Virus record (IMG/VR): IMGVR_UViG_3300029705_006930
Source of the DNA: a virus
Taxonomy: Duplodnaviria > Heunggongvirae > Uroviricota > Caudoviricetes
Strand: one strand, 5' to 3'
Length of the DNA: 60,692 nucleotides
Position numbers and translations under genes: made by a program. The notes beneath the pieces are model-generated. The model did not search any database, had not been told where the DNA came from, and worked only from the letters and a program-made list of their open reading frames with translations. Numbering within the stretch: the stretch's first letter is position 1; every line of letters begins with the position of its first letter. Below, in pieces: positions 1 to 9,378 of this stretch.

Positions 1-480
1 TTAACTTGATTGTATACCATTTAACTTCCACCTTTCTGTCATATACGATAAACTAAAATCAGGAATAATATATTGCACAATTTCAACAACTTTATTTTTA
101 ACAAACTCTTCATCAGCGCTTTGCCAAAAATAATGAACCATTTCTTCCAAAAAGATAAACATCATTGCATACTCTGATTTTAATTCTCTAATCGGCTCCA
201 TTCTATACATGGCTAAACTAAATTGATGTCCCCGATTTGTTGGACTTTTTTCATATAAACTTATCTCTCCATTTAATGTGAAGATTATATTGAATGAATG
301 AAAGACCGTGAGATTTATATTCTCTTTAACCAGTTGATGTGCAAGAATGCGCATACTCTCATTAAAAATAACCGCTTCTCTCTCTGATAAGTGACAGTTG
401 GTCAACAATGTAATTATCTTATCAACTATTGGTGGTTTTATCATTTGTATAGGGAAAGAAGTATGGTCTTTTAAAGTCAT
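1..480 (-). CDS. Hypothetical moron-like protein with a possible zincin-like EExxH motif
   Basis: AT-rich 159-aa ORF lying beyond the lysis-module terminator, with its own GGAG RBS and an upstream TATAAT. Contains FLEEMVHYF. Confidence 0.55.
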   Translation of the reverse strand: MTLKDHTSFPIQMIKPPIVDKIITLLTNCHLSEREAVIFNESMRILAHQLVKENINLTVFHSFNIIFTLNGEISLYEKSPTNRGHQFSLAMYRMEPIRELKSEYAMMFIFLEEMVHYFWQSADEEFVKNKVVEIVQYIIPDFSLSYMTERWKLNGIQSS

Positions 481-569
481 ATAAGCGTCTCCAATTATTT
501 ATTTACTTTATTATATACTAATAATTGGGAAATTTCCATACATATGTACAATAATTTTATCAACACAAT

Positions 570-599
570 AAAAGAGCCGCCTCATCAGCGGCTCTTTTT
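570..599 (-). terminator. Intrinsic terminator (bidirectional-type) after the lysis module
   Basis: aaagagccgc-ctcatca-gcggctcttttt hairpin flanked by A and T tracts. Confidence 0.8.
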
Positions 600-1149
600 A
601 CTTTTTATACACTTCAATAACGTGCAATTTTTCCATCGCTGGCTTCACGGTACTCTTCATAAAACCATTACCACCAGCATCTTCATAATCCTTATACAAT
701 TCCCAGAAAGCTTCTGCTTCCATATTTGTCCACGACTGTGATGGATTCTTTTCCGGGCTTGTATAATAATTGTAACTTTGAAGCAGCTTGTCTCTCAACT
801 GATTTCTTTCACGACGCTTATCGTGTTCTTCCATAATTTCAAGACGAGCAATTATCTTATTCATCATATCACGGAATTCCTGGATTTCACCGCGGGTTTC
901 CTGTATCTCATTATGTAATTCTTTTTGCACCGCAATGCTTTGTCTTCTATATTCCGGATACTTCTGTGTTTCTTCGTAAGCTACTTTAATACGGCGGTCT
1001 TTTTCTTCCTGTTCGTCGTGGTGTTTGACAATTTCATCGTTCCATTTATGATAAAGCTTATAAATGAAAAAGATAGCAATACACCAGACGCCTACCTCCG
1101 CCAATGTAATGTCCCCGAATATTTGGACAAATGCCTCATATCCTTTCAG
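598..1149 (-). CDS. Lysis-module membrane protein with an N-terminal TM helix and coiled coil, probable CTG start
   Basis: The 598..1104 ORF extends in frame to a CTG at 1149, 8 nt after GGAGGT. Hydrophobic segment VWCIAIFFIY. Adjacent to the holin. Confidence 0.6.
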   Translation of the reverse strand: MKGYEAFVQIFGDITLAEVGVWCIAIFFIYKLYHKWNDEIVKHHDEQEEKDRRIKVAYEETQKYPEYRRQSIAVQKELHNEIQETRGEIQEFRDMMNKIIARLEIMEEHDKRRERNQLRDKLLQSYNYYTSPEKNPSQSWTNMEAEAFWELYKDYEDAGGNGFMKSTVKPAMEKLHVIEVYKK

Positions 1150-1187
1150 AAAACGTCACCTCCCTTAGTGATGTTTTCGACATCACA

Positions 1188-1544
1188 TTATTCACCTTTA
1201 ATGTATTCTGAAATAGCCATATTTTCTTCAATCTGTTTTTCAAGCCATTCCAGTGCGCCATCTACATATTCTTTAAATGTTTCAAAGCTAACAAAAGTCT
1301 TGAGCCAAGGGAATTTAGTAAGTGCTTTATCATAAACCATACGAAGTTTGAGTTCGCCTGTACCACTGCCCAAAGCTCTTTCAGCTTCAGCAACAGCAAA
1401 TTTAAGCCATTCTTTGAGGTCGTTAATCTGTACTTTAGTTGGTTTACTAAGCCAATTCTGTACACCATTAAATACGAAAACAATTGTTGCAGCAATCACA
1501 ACCCAGATTGCCCAGTTTTCAAGAAAAGTCTGAATAAGTTTCAT
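1188..1544 (-). CDS. Holin (LL-H-like)
   Basis: 118 aa with one N-terminal TM helix and the motif AVAEAERALGSGTGELKL. Directly follows the endolysin. Confidence 0.8.
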   Translation of the reverse strand: MKLIQTFLENWAIWVVIAATIVFVFNGVQNWLSKPTKVQINDLKEWLKFAVAEAERALGSGTGELKLRMVYDKALTKFPWLKTFVSFETFKEYVDGALEWLEKQIEENMAISEYIKGE

Positions 1545-1545
1545 A

Positions 1546-3501
1546 TTATTCTCCTTTCAACCAATTTAAAAATTGTTCAAGGATTCTGATAAACCCTTTT
1601 GTGTTTGCAGTAGACTGTTCGCCTTTAAAACGTTCAATCTCTGCTTTAAGTGCATCACGTTCAACAATAAGTTCTTCACGGGCACGTTTAAGATTTTCAA
1701 CTGACTGGATAGCCTGTTCACAGGTTACTGCAGCAAAATCAAGTGCACTCTGCAATTCAGCATTTTTAGCTTCAAGGGCAGCTTTGTCACCCTCAAGCTT
1801 AACAATTTTTTCGTTCAACTCTGTGTTGGAAGATTCAAGAATAGAAATCTTTGCTTTATTATCCTGATTGATTTCTTCAACAATTTCATAAGCTGCAATT
1901 TTCATTGTGAGCTCTGTCTGAACAGATGCCAGCTGTTCGTTAAGACGGTCAACTTCGGCCTGAACTTGTGCATAGATTTCAGCGCCTTTTTCATATTCTG
2001 CACACTTGTCTTCAAGTGCTTCAACCTGTGCAGAAAGGTCATTGATTGCACAACGCAGTTCTTCACATTCGTCACAAGGTTGCTGTTCTGGCAGAGCAGG
2101 TGTTTCAATCACCTGAATGATTTCACATCTGTCTTCAAGGATAACTACATAAACAATTGTGCCATCCTTTTCGATTTCAGCCCATTTAAAGTTGTTAATT
2201 TCGCCGCCTGAAATGCGTTTGATGTTGTAAGTTGTATCAACTGTGAGCTTACCTAATGGGGCATTTACGTCCGTTGTAGAGAAATATTCACAGTTGGATT
2301 TTGTAACCTTGTACATACCGTGGAATATCTGCCAGCCTGAGAGATATTCACCGTAGAGAATATTCTTATCAAGTGGTTCACCTGCAAGACCGAAGTCAGC
2401 ACCATCATCGCTTGCATACTGCCAGATATAGCAGTCACGGTCTGGAGCACTGAGGCCTGGGCGAGCATACCAGATATAATAATCCGGGTGAGCATCAAAG
2501 AAAGCCTGACCATACCAGTTATCCCAATAGTTTTTATTTGTGTAAACACCTGTAGCATAACCGCGAGCTTTAATCTGTTCACAGTAAGCTTCAGTCATTG
2601 CACGCACTAGTTCAGGTGTTGGTATAACTCCCTGATTTACACAGTAATCATAAGAAAAGCCTTCCCAGTCGCAGAACACAGGAAGACTCAGTTTTTCAGG
2701 TGTAAACCCAAAATTTTCAATTGTATCAATAATGTAATTTGCTTCAGCTTTTGCATCCTCTGCATTGATAAAGTAGTTGGCAGGGAAGAAACCTACTTTC
2801 AAATCACCAGTATCTTTCAAATATTGTTCGAGATTTTTGTCAACTTTTGCAGAACCTACGCAGGCGCGATGAATAACAAATTCAGCTTTACCATTTGCTA
2901 CGATTTTTGCCATAGCACCAGTACTGCGGTTGTCTGAAAGGTCGACACCATATCTTACATTGTCCATTTCCTTTTCCTCTCCTTCGCGTATCCATTTGTA
3001 GCCGCCATCATTCAAAATCTGCACGTCTCTATCAAGAATAAATAAGTCATAAAGATGTGCCTGATTTTCGCACACATATGTACCTTGGGAGTTTTTAAAT
3101 TGACTACAGTTTTCCCATTTACCTTTACCAGCTTCAATGTGTACATGAATAGCAAATTGGTTTGGATTTCCAAAACCCATGCCACCTTCATCATAAAAAT
3201 GCTCACCTTGCATTACAATTTGACCTTCATGAACATTAAATTCACCATCGTGAATGCATAAAAGACGAGCATAATCTGATGTTCCATCGGCAAATAAAAC
3301 AGGTTCTATGCTTTCCATATAAAGTTCACCTGTTGCATTTTGTCTGCGACGTTTTACAATCATGTCACAAGGGCAGTAGAGTTTATCGCTGCCTGTATCT
3401 TTACCACCAAAGTCGATGGCAAACGAACCCGCGTGTGAATAAGTGGACAACTCCTTTTGTGTCACACGTAGATATCTCATTGGGAATTTAAACTTCTGCA
3501 T
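1546..3501 (-). CDS. Endolysin: M23-like peptidase, GH25 muramidase and C-terminal coiled coil
   Basis: HAGSFAID and HVHIE M23-like zinc motifs; GVDLS, DWE and WQY GH25 motifs; heptad-rich C-terminus. Confidence 0.8.
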   Translation of the reverse strand: MQKFKFPMRYLRVTQKELSTYSHAGSFAIDFGGKDTGSDKLYCPCDMIVKRRRQNATGELYMESIEPVLFADGTSDYARLLCIHDGEFNVHEGQIVMQGEHFYDEGGMGFGNPNQFAIHVHIEAGKGKWENCSQFKNSQGTYVCENQAHLYDLFILDRDVQILNDGGYKWIREGEEKEMDNVRYGVDLSDNRSTGAMAKIVANGKAEFVIHRACVGSAKVDKNLEQYLKDTGDLKVGFFPANYFINAEDAKAEANYIIDTIENFGFTPEKLSLPVFCDWEGFSYDYCVNQGVIPTPELVRAMTEAYCEQIKARGYATGVYTNKNYWDNWYGQAFFDAHPDYYIWYARPGLSAPDRDCYIWQYASDDGADFGLAGEPLDKNILYGEYLSGWQIFHGMYKVTKSNCEYFSTTDVNAPLGKLTVDTTYNIKRISGGEINNFKWAEIEKDGTIVYVVILEDRCEIIQVIETPALPEQQPCDECEELRCAINDLSAQVEALEDKCAEYEKGAEIYAQVQAEVDRLNEQLASVQTELTMKIAAYEIVEEINQDNKAKISILESSNTELNEKIVKLEGDKAALEAKNAELQSALDFAAVTCEQAIQSVENLKRAREELIVERDALKAEIERFKGEQSTANTKGFIRILEQFLNWLKGE

Positions 3502-3525
3502 AGCAACCTCCTTTAATTATAAAAT

Positions 3526-3555
3526 AAGGCTTTGAGACCATGCCCAAAGCCTTTT
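3526..3555 (-). terminator. Intrinsic terminator-like hairpin
   Basis: aaggctttg...caaagcctttt inverted repeat. Confidence 0.55.
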
Positions 3556-3568
3556 ATACACTATCGCA

Positions 3569-3685
3569 TCAACCAGCCATAATTTCTTCTGCTTGCGCCT
3601 GTGTAATCAAACCTTTTTCAATATATACAGACAAGTTTTTAATTTTGCCAGCTTTATATAAAACTTTTAATCTTTCAAAAATCAT
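3569..3685 (-). CDS. XkdX-like small tail-fibre-associated protein (38 aa)
   Basis: Own translation: MIFERLKVLYKAGKIKNLSVYIEKGLITQAQAEEIMAG. GGAGGT RBS and a KGLIT..E.I pattern. Confidence 0.65.
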   Translation of the reverse strand: MIFERLKVLYKAGKIKNLSVYIEKGLITQAQAEEIMAG

Positions 3686-3687
3686 AA

Positions 3688-4023
3688 TTATACCTCCATA
3701 GCCATAAGAAGTTCATCAATTGTTGCAATTGCTTCTTCATTTTCAATTTCGAGGTCTGATTTTTTATACAGTTTTACTGTAATTGTTTCATCATCAATTG
3801 TGATTTTACCTTTGATATCATAACCAACATAGGTCTTCTGTTGTGCTGGAATTATTTCATAATGGTCAATTACTACATTACCGTCTTCATTCAATTCCTC
3901 TGCATCTGATTCTATTCATATAGTATTTTCTTTAGGTGTTGTAGGAACTGTTTCTCCGCCTACAACTTTTAAATCTAATACACCATTTCTGCTAAGAGGA
4001 ACTGCTTTATGTATTGTTGCCAT
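3688..4023 (-). pseudogene. Tail-associated gene with an in-frame TGA at codon 36
   Basis: The ATG at 4023 reads MATIHK...VVGGETVPTTPKENTI*IESDAEELNEDG, in frame with the 3688..3894 ORF. The TGA is at 3916-3918. Confidence 0.55.
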
Positions 4024-4038
4024 AATATTACGCCTTTC

Positions 4039-5937
4039 TTATTCTATAATTTCTTCATCTAATGTACATACCAAGTCTGAACCATAGCAACGAGGTGCAG
4101 ATATTCTAATATATGCGGCATTAGTTAAATAGCCTTTGAGCGTTGTATTTGTTATATTCGCAGGGTTAACAGTCCATATATATGAAGTTTTTCCATCATA
4201 AGTTTTTATGGTTGCATGTTGTTCAATCGTACTCATTGTTGATATGCCTGAACCTGCTAGGCCACCAATATGTGCAAATGAACTATTGTAACACTGAATA
4301 TACCAACCAGTATGACTCAAATTATTAGACCATGAACCACAAATCCTTATAATTTCATCATTATAAGGGATAAAGCCTGAACAAGTACCACCTTCAGCGT
4401 CTTGTGTCATTGCAGTTTCAGCACCACTACTATTTAATCTATACCCCCATTTATAACCTGTACCATTATAAATAGTTCCACTAGAATCTATTGAAGATAA
4501 TACTTTATTTATATAAGCTGTCGCATATACATTAATTACAATATCTCCAGATACACTTGGAATGTAAACGGATAAGTGACCTTCACTAGATGACGATGGT
4601 GTAACATCAGAACCGCCCATGGTAACACTACTACTTCTGATTTTATTGCTACCTGTTGGTGTGATAGTAGTAGTATATGATTCGCCTTCTGATACGAGAG
4701 CTGGTGTATTATTAGCTGTAGCACCTGTAAGATTATATGTAACACTATAGTAAATGCCTTCGTAAGCCAATGCTCTATCAAACCCTGCACCATAGCAGAA
4801 TGCATTTACAGTTTTTTCACTAGTATCAATTACATATATACAAAAAGAAGTATCTTTTGCACTGTTGGCTGTTTTGTTATAAGTGGTAGTATCACCAAAC
4901 TTTGAACGAATGTCTTCACTATAAGATGATGACCCATATTCATTATTTCTATAGAAATAAGCATTAGGTGTACCTATACGCACAATTTCAGTTTCACCTA
5001 CAGTACCTGTGATAAAGTTATGAGTATGCCCATGAATATTACATATTAATTTTGCAAGATTTTTACCACTAAAATTGTAACTCACTGTTGCACCATCTAT
5101 TGTCACACTACCGCTTGTACCTAAATTATAAGCATCTAAAACATTAACAACTTTACCTATAGTTGCATCCCAATGTAATGGATGATGTGTCAACAACAGA
5201 ATATTCCATCCTGATTTAGCACCTACATCGGTCAATGTTGATACAAGCCAACTGTATTGGTCAGGGCTAATGTAACAAGCACCGTGTGAGTCTGATGTTT
5301 TATCTCTAAGGTCAGAGGTGTTCATAAAGATAACTCTTGTTTTTTTATCGGTTAAATCCATATAACAGTAACCCCTGTCAGCATTAGATGAAGGTCGTGT
5401 TACATTTTTGTTAAATCTGCCTACATATCTGTACAGCAAATCACCTGAAAGCCAAGCATCAGCGTTATAACCTCTGTCGTGGTTGCCTTCAATTACAACG
5501 TCAGGTGAAAGAATACCCATTGCTCGTCTGGATTCCAATAAATTAATTTGATGTGCTTCTCTTGTATCGCTGCTTGTACCAGCAGAAACATCTCCAAGAA
5601 CAGCAGTGAAATCAACAGGTATTGTTTCTTTAATTATTCTTGCACCATTCATTGCACTGTTTAAACCTGCCATTGTAGTGGCATTTGTAGTTAAAACGTG
5701 CGTATCAGCTAAGGCAATGAAACTAATAGTATTATCATTCATAGCAGCTTTTGCCAAGTTTGCAACTCTTAAAGCCTCAGTTTCAACGTAATCTGAGTAG
5801 CTATGAGTAGCTGGACTTAAAGAAGCAATATCAATTACCATTTGTTCAGGTTCAATATCACCTGCAATACCCGTTCTATCACGAAGAGAGTCAGCAATTG
5901 AAGTTAATGTTGTTTCGTCTATAATGTATTTACCCAT
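4039..5937 (-). CDS. Virion-associated calcineurin-like metallophosphoesterase
   Basis: ADTH, LGD, GNHD, THHP and HGHTH motifs, followed by beta-rich C-terminal domains. Sits in the tail-fibre module. Confidence 0.8.
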   Translation of the reverse strand: MGKYIIDETTLTSIADSLRDRTGIAGDIEPEQMVIDIASLSPATHSYSDYVETEALRVANLAKAAMNDNTISFIALADTHVLTTNATTMAGLNSAMNGARIIKETIPVDFTAVLGDVSAGTSSDTREAHQINLLESRRAMGILSPDVVIEGNHDRGYNADAWLSGDLLYRYVGRFNKNVTRPSSNADRGYCYMDLTDKKTRVIFMNTSDLRDKTSDSHGACYISPDQYSWLVSTLTDVGAKSGWNILLLTHHPLHWDATIGKVVNVLDAYNLGTSGSVTIDGATVSYNFSGKNLAKLICNIHGHTHNFITGTVGETEIVRIGTPNAYFYRNNEYGSSSYSEDIRSKFGDTTTYNKTANSAKDTSFCIYVIDTSEKTVNAFCYGAGFDRALAYEGIYYSVTYNLTGATANNTPALVSEGESYTTTITPTGSNKIRSSSVTMGGSDVTPSSSSEGHLSVYIPSVSGDIVINVYATAYINKVLSSIDSSGTIYNGTGYKWGYRLNSSGAETAMTQDAEGGTCSGFIPYNDEIIRICGSWSNNLSHTGWYIQCYNSSFAHIGGLAGSGISTMSTIEQHATIKTYDGKTSYIWTVNPANITNTTLKGYLTNAAYIRISAPRCYGSDLVCTLDEEIIE

Positions 5938-8900
5938 TAGAATCCAACTCCTTCCGCTTGTGGTAATACTGCAAGTACTTCTGAGGCAAGATTTGCTTTG
6001 GTTACATAAGTATCAGCAATATTGTTGCCGTTTGCATCTGCTGTGGCTTTTGTCGCAGTACCTACAAAATTTGTCGCTGTAAGTGTGCCCGTGCTTGGAT
6101 TTGCATATATATTACTATTCATATATGTTGCACCAAAATTATCTTGTCCATATGCTTTACTTGCTGTACTAAGTAACAGTGGGTAATCAGTATTAGACGT
6201 TGTTAGATGCTGAGTTACCCATTGGGTAACGCCTATATCTACTGATGATGTCGAACCATCGCTACCTGTAAGTGTAATTGTTGATAGCGAATTCGTTGGC
6301 ATGGATAAAGCATAAGTCGTATTGGAATCCGCCTTTGCATTTAATTCTTCTTTTGTTGCATAGGTATTTGCAATTGATTCTATATCTTCTTGCCATCTAT
6401 CAATAGAAATCAAATGGTATTGTGAACTATATATGAATGTCGCAACATCACCAGCTTTAATAACACCTGCTGTAATAGCCTTTCCTCTATAGTAGATAGA
6501 TTTTGCACCCTTACTATTAATATTTAAAGTTGCTGAAGCAGGAACTGCATTAGTAAACTTAACAGCTACTATACCACCTGTAGTTAAAGTATAGCTTGAT
6601 AATGTACCTACTTTAGCAACTGTAGCTGCTGCGGTAGTACATGTTGCATAACCATGACCTAACTTAACATTAGTATAGGTTGTATTAGTATCATAACTAT
6701 TTGCAATCCAAACCCAATGAGTGCCATTGAACATGTAAGTAGTTACACGATTTGCATAACCTGTATAAGCTGTTCCATTGCTAGTATACTCTGCATTATT
6801 ATACCAAATTGGATATGCACCTGTACTATTAACATTAAGAGTTACATTAGAAGCAGTATTGGATACAGTAAACTTAACCATGATAACGCTACCAGTAGTT
6901 AGTGTCCAGTTAGTATTACCTGATAAAGACACTACTTTTGCAGCAGTCGCAGCAGCTGTAGAGCATGTGCCATATGCAATATTTGTATTATTTAACTTAG
7001 CCTTGTCTTCTAAAGACATAAGACCATCAGCTGTTGTAGTAGCATTGTTATAAGTTGTATCTGTGAATTTTGCATCACTTGGAACAGATTTACCCAAAGT
7101 GTAAGTTGTTTTAACTGGGATGCCATCAGCAAAATAAACGGGTTGTGTTTCAGAACCAGCATTAGCATTTAATTTATTAGCACTTGTTGCCGCACCACCA
7201 ACACTAGAAGAACCAGCGTAACTATGTGTATGACCACTTGCAGCCTTACTATCCAACTGTGATTGAATACTAGAAGTGACTTCTGAGAGATACTGCAATT
7301 TCGTAGCATCAACAAGAGAATCGGTAATTTTACCTGTAGTAGTTGTAACTACAACTTTGCCTGCTTCTAAATTTTTGTCTAACACACTTGTAATAGCACC
7401 AGTGATTTTTGATTGTTTTGCATCCAACTGTTCCTGAACACTAGCTGTAACACCATCCATATAATTAAGTTCGGTGGCCGTAGCTGTTAAATCTGTAATG
7501 TCAGCAACTTTATGTGTATGACCAGAATCTGCTTTACCGGCAACAGTCTGTGCTAATGCATCCAACTCTGTCTGAGAAGCGCGAGAAGTATCAGTTGGGT
7601 GAATGTGGTCTGCTCTAGCAACACTCGTAGAAGTGCCAAAAGCAGCTGTCCCATTCATTTTAGGTTCATTAACGGAATCAAATGTTACGTGAGTACCGTG
7701 AGAAGCGGCAGCTTTACCATCAAGCGCACTCTGCAATCCACTTACGTCTGTAATAGTATGAGAGTGTAAACTATCAGCCTTGTCAGCGAGCTTTGTATCA
7801 ATTTCAGTCTCAGTATAATATCTGTCATCATGACTATGAATACTTGTAGCATAATCATGCGTATGTTCTTTATCTGCCTTATTGTTAATGGAAGCTGTCA
7901 TTGCAGCAGCAGCTTCAGCATCACTTGTAATATAAGCTTGAATTTCTTTTAATGTATCTTTTGTTCCTTCTGAAATTGCATTTTCATTAAAGAAATAATC
8001 AACATCTTCTTTTACTTTGGCTAAAGTAATCGCCAATGTTTCACCAGCTGTTTTATCATAATAACTGTCATCATGTTTATGCTTTGAATCTGACTTTTGA
8101 GCAATTGCCGCACTGAGTTCATTGCTTAATGCGTTCAAATTCAGTTGAACTGCATCTGCTGCACCTTTTACATCGTAATCATCGTCATGTTTATGAGTAT
8201 TATCTGATTTAGACGCCAACTGTGTATCTAATTCTAATGATGATACTAATTTGATAGCATCAGACTTAGACGTTCCTCCAACGTAAACATTACCAGAATA
8301 CCAAGCATTGCCATCCCAATCTAGTGTATGGGCGTTGGAACGTTCTGTATCAGATGCACCATTACCTACGATATGAGCATAATTATCTGCACTTTCTATA
8401 CTATTATATTTACCTTGTGTATGCTGATAATTGCCGTCGGCTATTGTACCATAACCTTCAGCATGTGTAGCAATCTTATTTGCCTGAGTATGGTATCCTT
8501 CAGAATGAGAACCTGACCCTTGAGATATTGTTTCATAACCTTCGGCATGAGAACCATCGCTCAATGCTAATGTATTTTGTCCCTCAACATGAGATTTCCC
8601 GCTTTTAGCTAAAGTAAATTTACTTGTATTCCATGTTTCAATAACAGCAGTATTGCTTGTAGATGTTGTAATAGTATTAGGGAGCGAATTTGAACTATAT
8701 CCCTCCGCATGAGCACCACTACCAAGTGCCGATGTAGCCCTGCCTTCTGCATGAGCACCGAACCCAGCAGCTCTAGTGCCCCATCCCTCTGCGTGTGCCC
8801 AGCTACCATCAGCAATATTATTTGAGTTATTAAATATTTCGGCTCCAGTTCCTGTGCCAGCTTTACCTATAAGACTACTAGAATCAGCTTTTGAACTAAG

Positions 8901-9197
8901 TTTACTATCTACTTCTGATTTATCATAAACATCGTTAGCTTTAACATAGGTATCATCATGGTTGTGCTCTGCATCAGCCTTTTTATCAATTTCTGCTTCC
9001 AGAATGTTCATTGCTGTACTTACAGCATCAAACTCTGCATCAATAACCTTGTTCTGAACAGGATTAGTTGAAGTAGAGGAGAGGGCAGAGTCAATTGTGT
9101 GGCTGTGATTTTTAGGAGCAAAAACCTCGCGAAGATTTATCAAAAACTGCCCAAGAGCTTCTAAACCGGCATATTTATTTTTATTTTCATTTGCCAT
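5937..9197 (-). CDS. Tail fibre/adhesin with YadA-like head repeats and HxH repeats
   Basis: Tandem (S/A)HAEG..T.A repeats, many KA...HxH motifs, and a duplicated TCSTAAATAAKV/TCTTAAATVAKV domain. Confidence 0.75.
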   Translation of the reverse strand: MANENKNKYAGLEALGQFLINLREVFAPKNHSHTIDSALSSTSTNPVQNKVIDAEFDAVSTAMNILEAEIDKKADAEHNHDDTYVKANDVYDKSEVDSKLSSKADSSSLIGKAGTGTGAEIFNNSNNIADGSWAHAEGWGTRAAGFGAHAEGRATSALGSGAHAEGYSSNSLPNTITTSTSNTAVIETWNTSKFTLAKSGKSHVEGQNTLALSDGSHAEGYETISQGSGSHSEGYHTQANKIATHAEGYGTIADGNYQHTQGKYNSIESADNYAHIVGNGASDTERSNAHTLDWDGNAWYSGNVYVGGTSKSDAIKLVSSLELDTQLASKSDNTHKHDDDYDVKGAADAVQLNLNALSNELSAAIAQKSDSKHKHDDSYYDKTAGETLAITLAKVKEDVDYFFNENAISEGTKDTLKEIQAYITSDAEAAAAMTASINNKADKEHTHDYATSIHSHDDRYYTETEIDTKLADKADSLHSHTITDVSGLQSALDGKAAASHGTHVTFDSVNEPKMNGTAAFGTSTSVARADHIHPTDTSRASQTELDALAQTVAGKADSGHTHKVADITDLTATATELNYMDGVTASVQEQLDAKQSKITGAITSVLDKNLEAGKVVVTTTTGKITDSLVDATKLQYLSEVTSSIQSQLDSKAASGHTHSYAGSSSVGGAATSANKLNANAGSETQPVYFADGIPVKTTYTLGKSVPSDAKFTDTTYNNATTTADGLMSLEDKAKLNNTNIAYGTCSTAAATAAKVVSLSGNTNWTLTTGSVIMVKFTVSNTASNVTLNVNSTGAYPIWYNNAEYTSNGTAYTGYANRVTTYMFNGTHWVWIANSYDTNTTYTNVKLGHGYATCTTAAATVAKVGTLSSYTLTTGGIVAVKFTNAVPASATLNINSKGAKSIYYRGKAITAGVIKAGDVATFIYSSQYHLISIDRWQEDIESIANTYATKEELNAKADSNTTYALSMPTNSLSTITLTGSDGSTSSVDIGVTQWVTQHLTTSNTDYPLLLSTASKAYGQDNFGATYMNSNIYANPSTGTLTATNFVGTATKATADANGNNIADTYVTKANLASEVLAVLPQAEGVGF

Positions 9198-9313
9198 TTA
9201 TTTTCTCCTTTCGGTTAAATAAAAAGCCGAGCATCTGTATATTTGCGCATTATATACAGAAACTCAACTGAGTTTATTTACTGCTTTCCAAGTGTGCAGT
9301 TCACTATAAAATA

Positions 9314-9346
9314 ATAGGAGGCTCGTAATTGAGCCTCCTATTTTTA
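9314..9346 (-). terminator. Intrinsic terminator
   Basis: ataggaggctc-gtaatt-gagcctcctattttt. Confidence 0.75.
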
Positions 9347-9378
9347 TTGTTTTGACTTTACAGTCTCAAAGCTATCAA

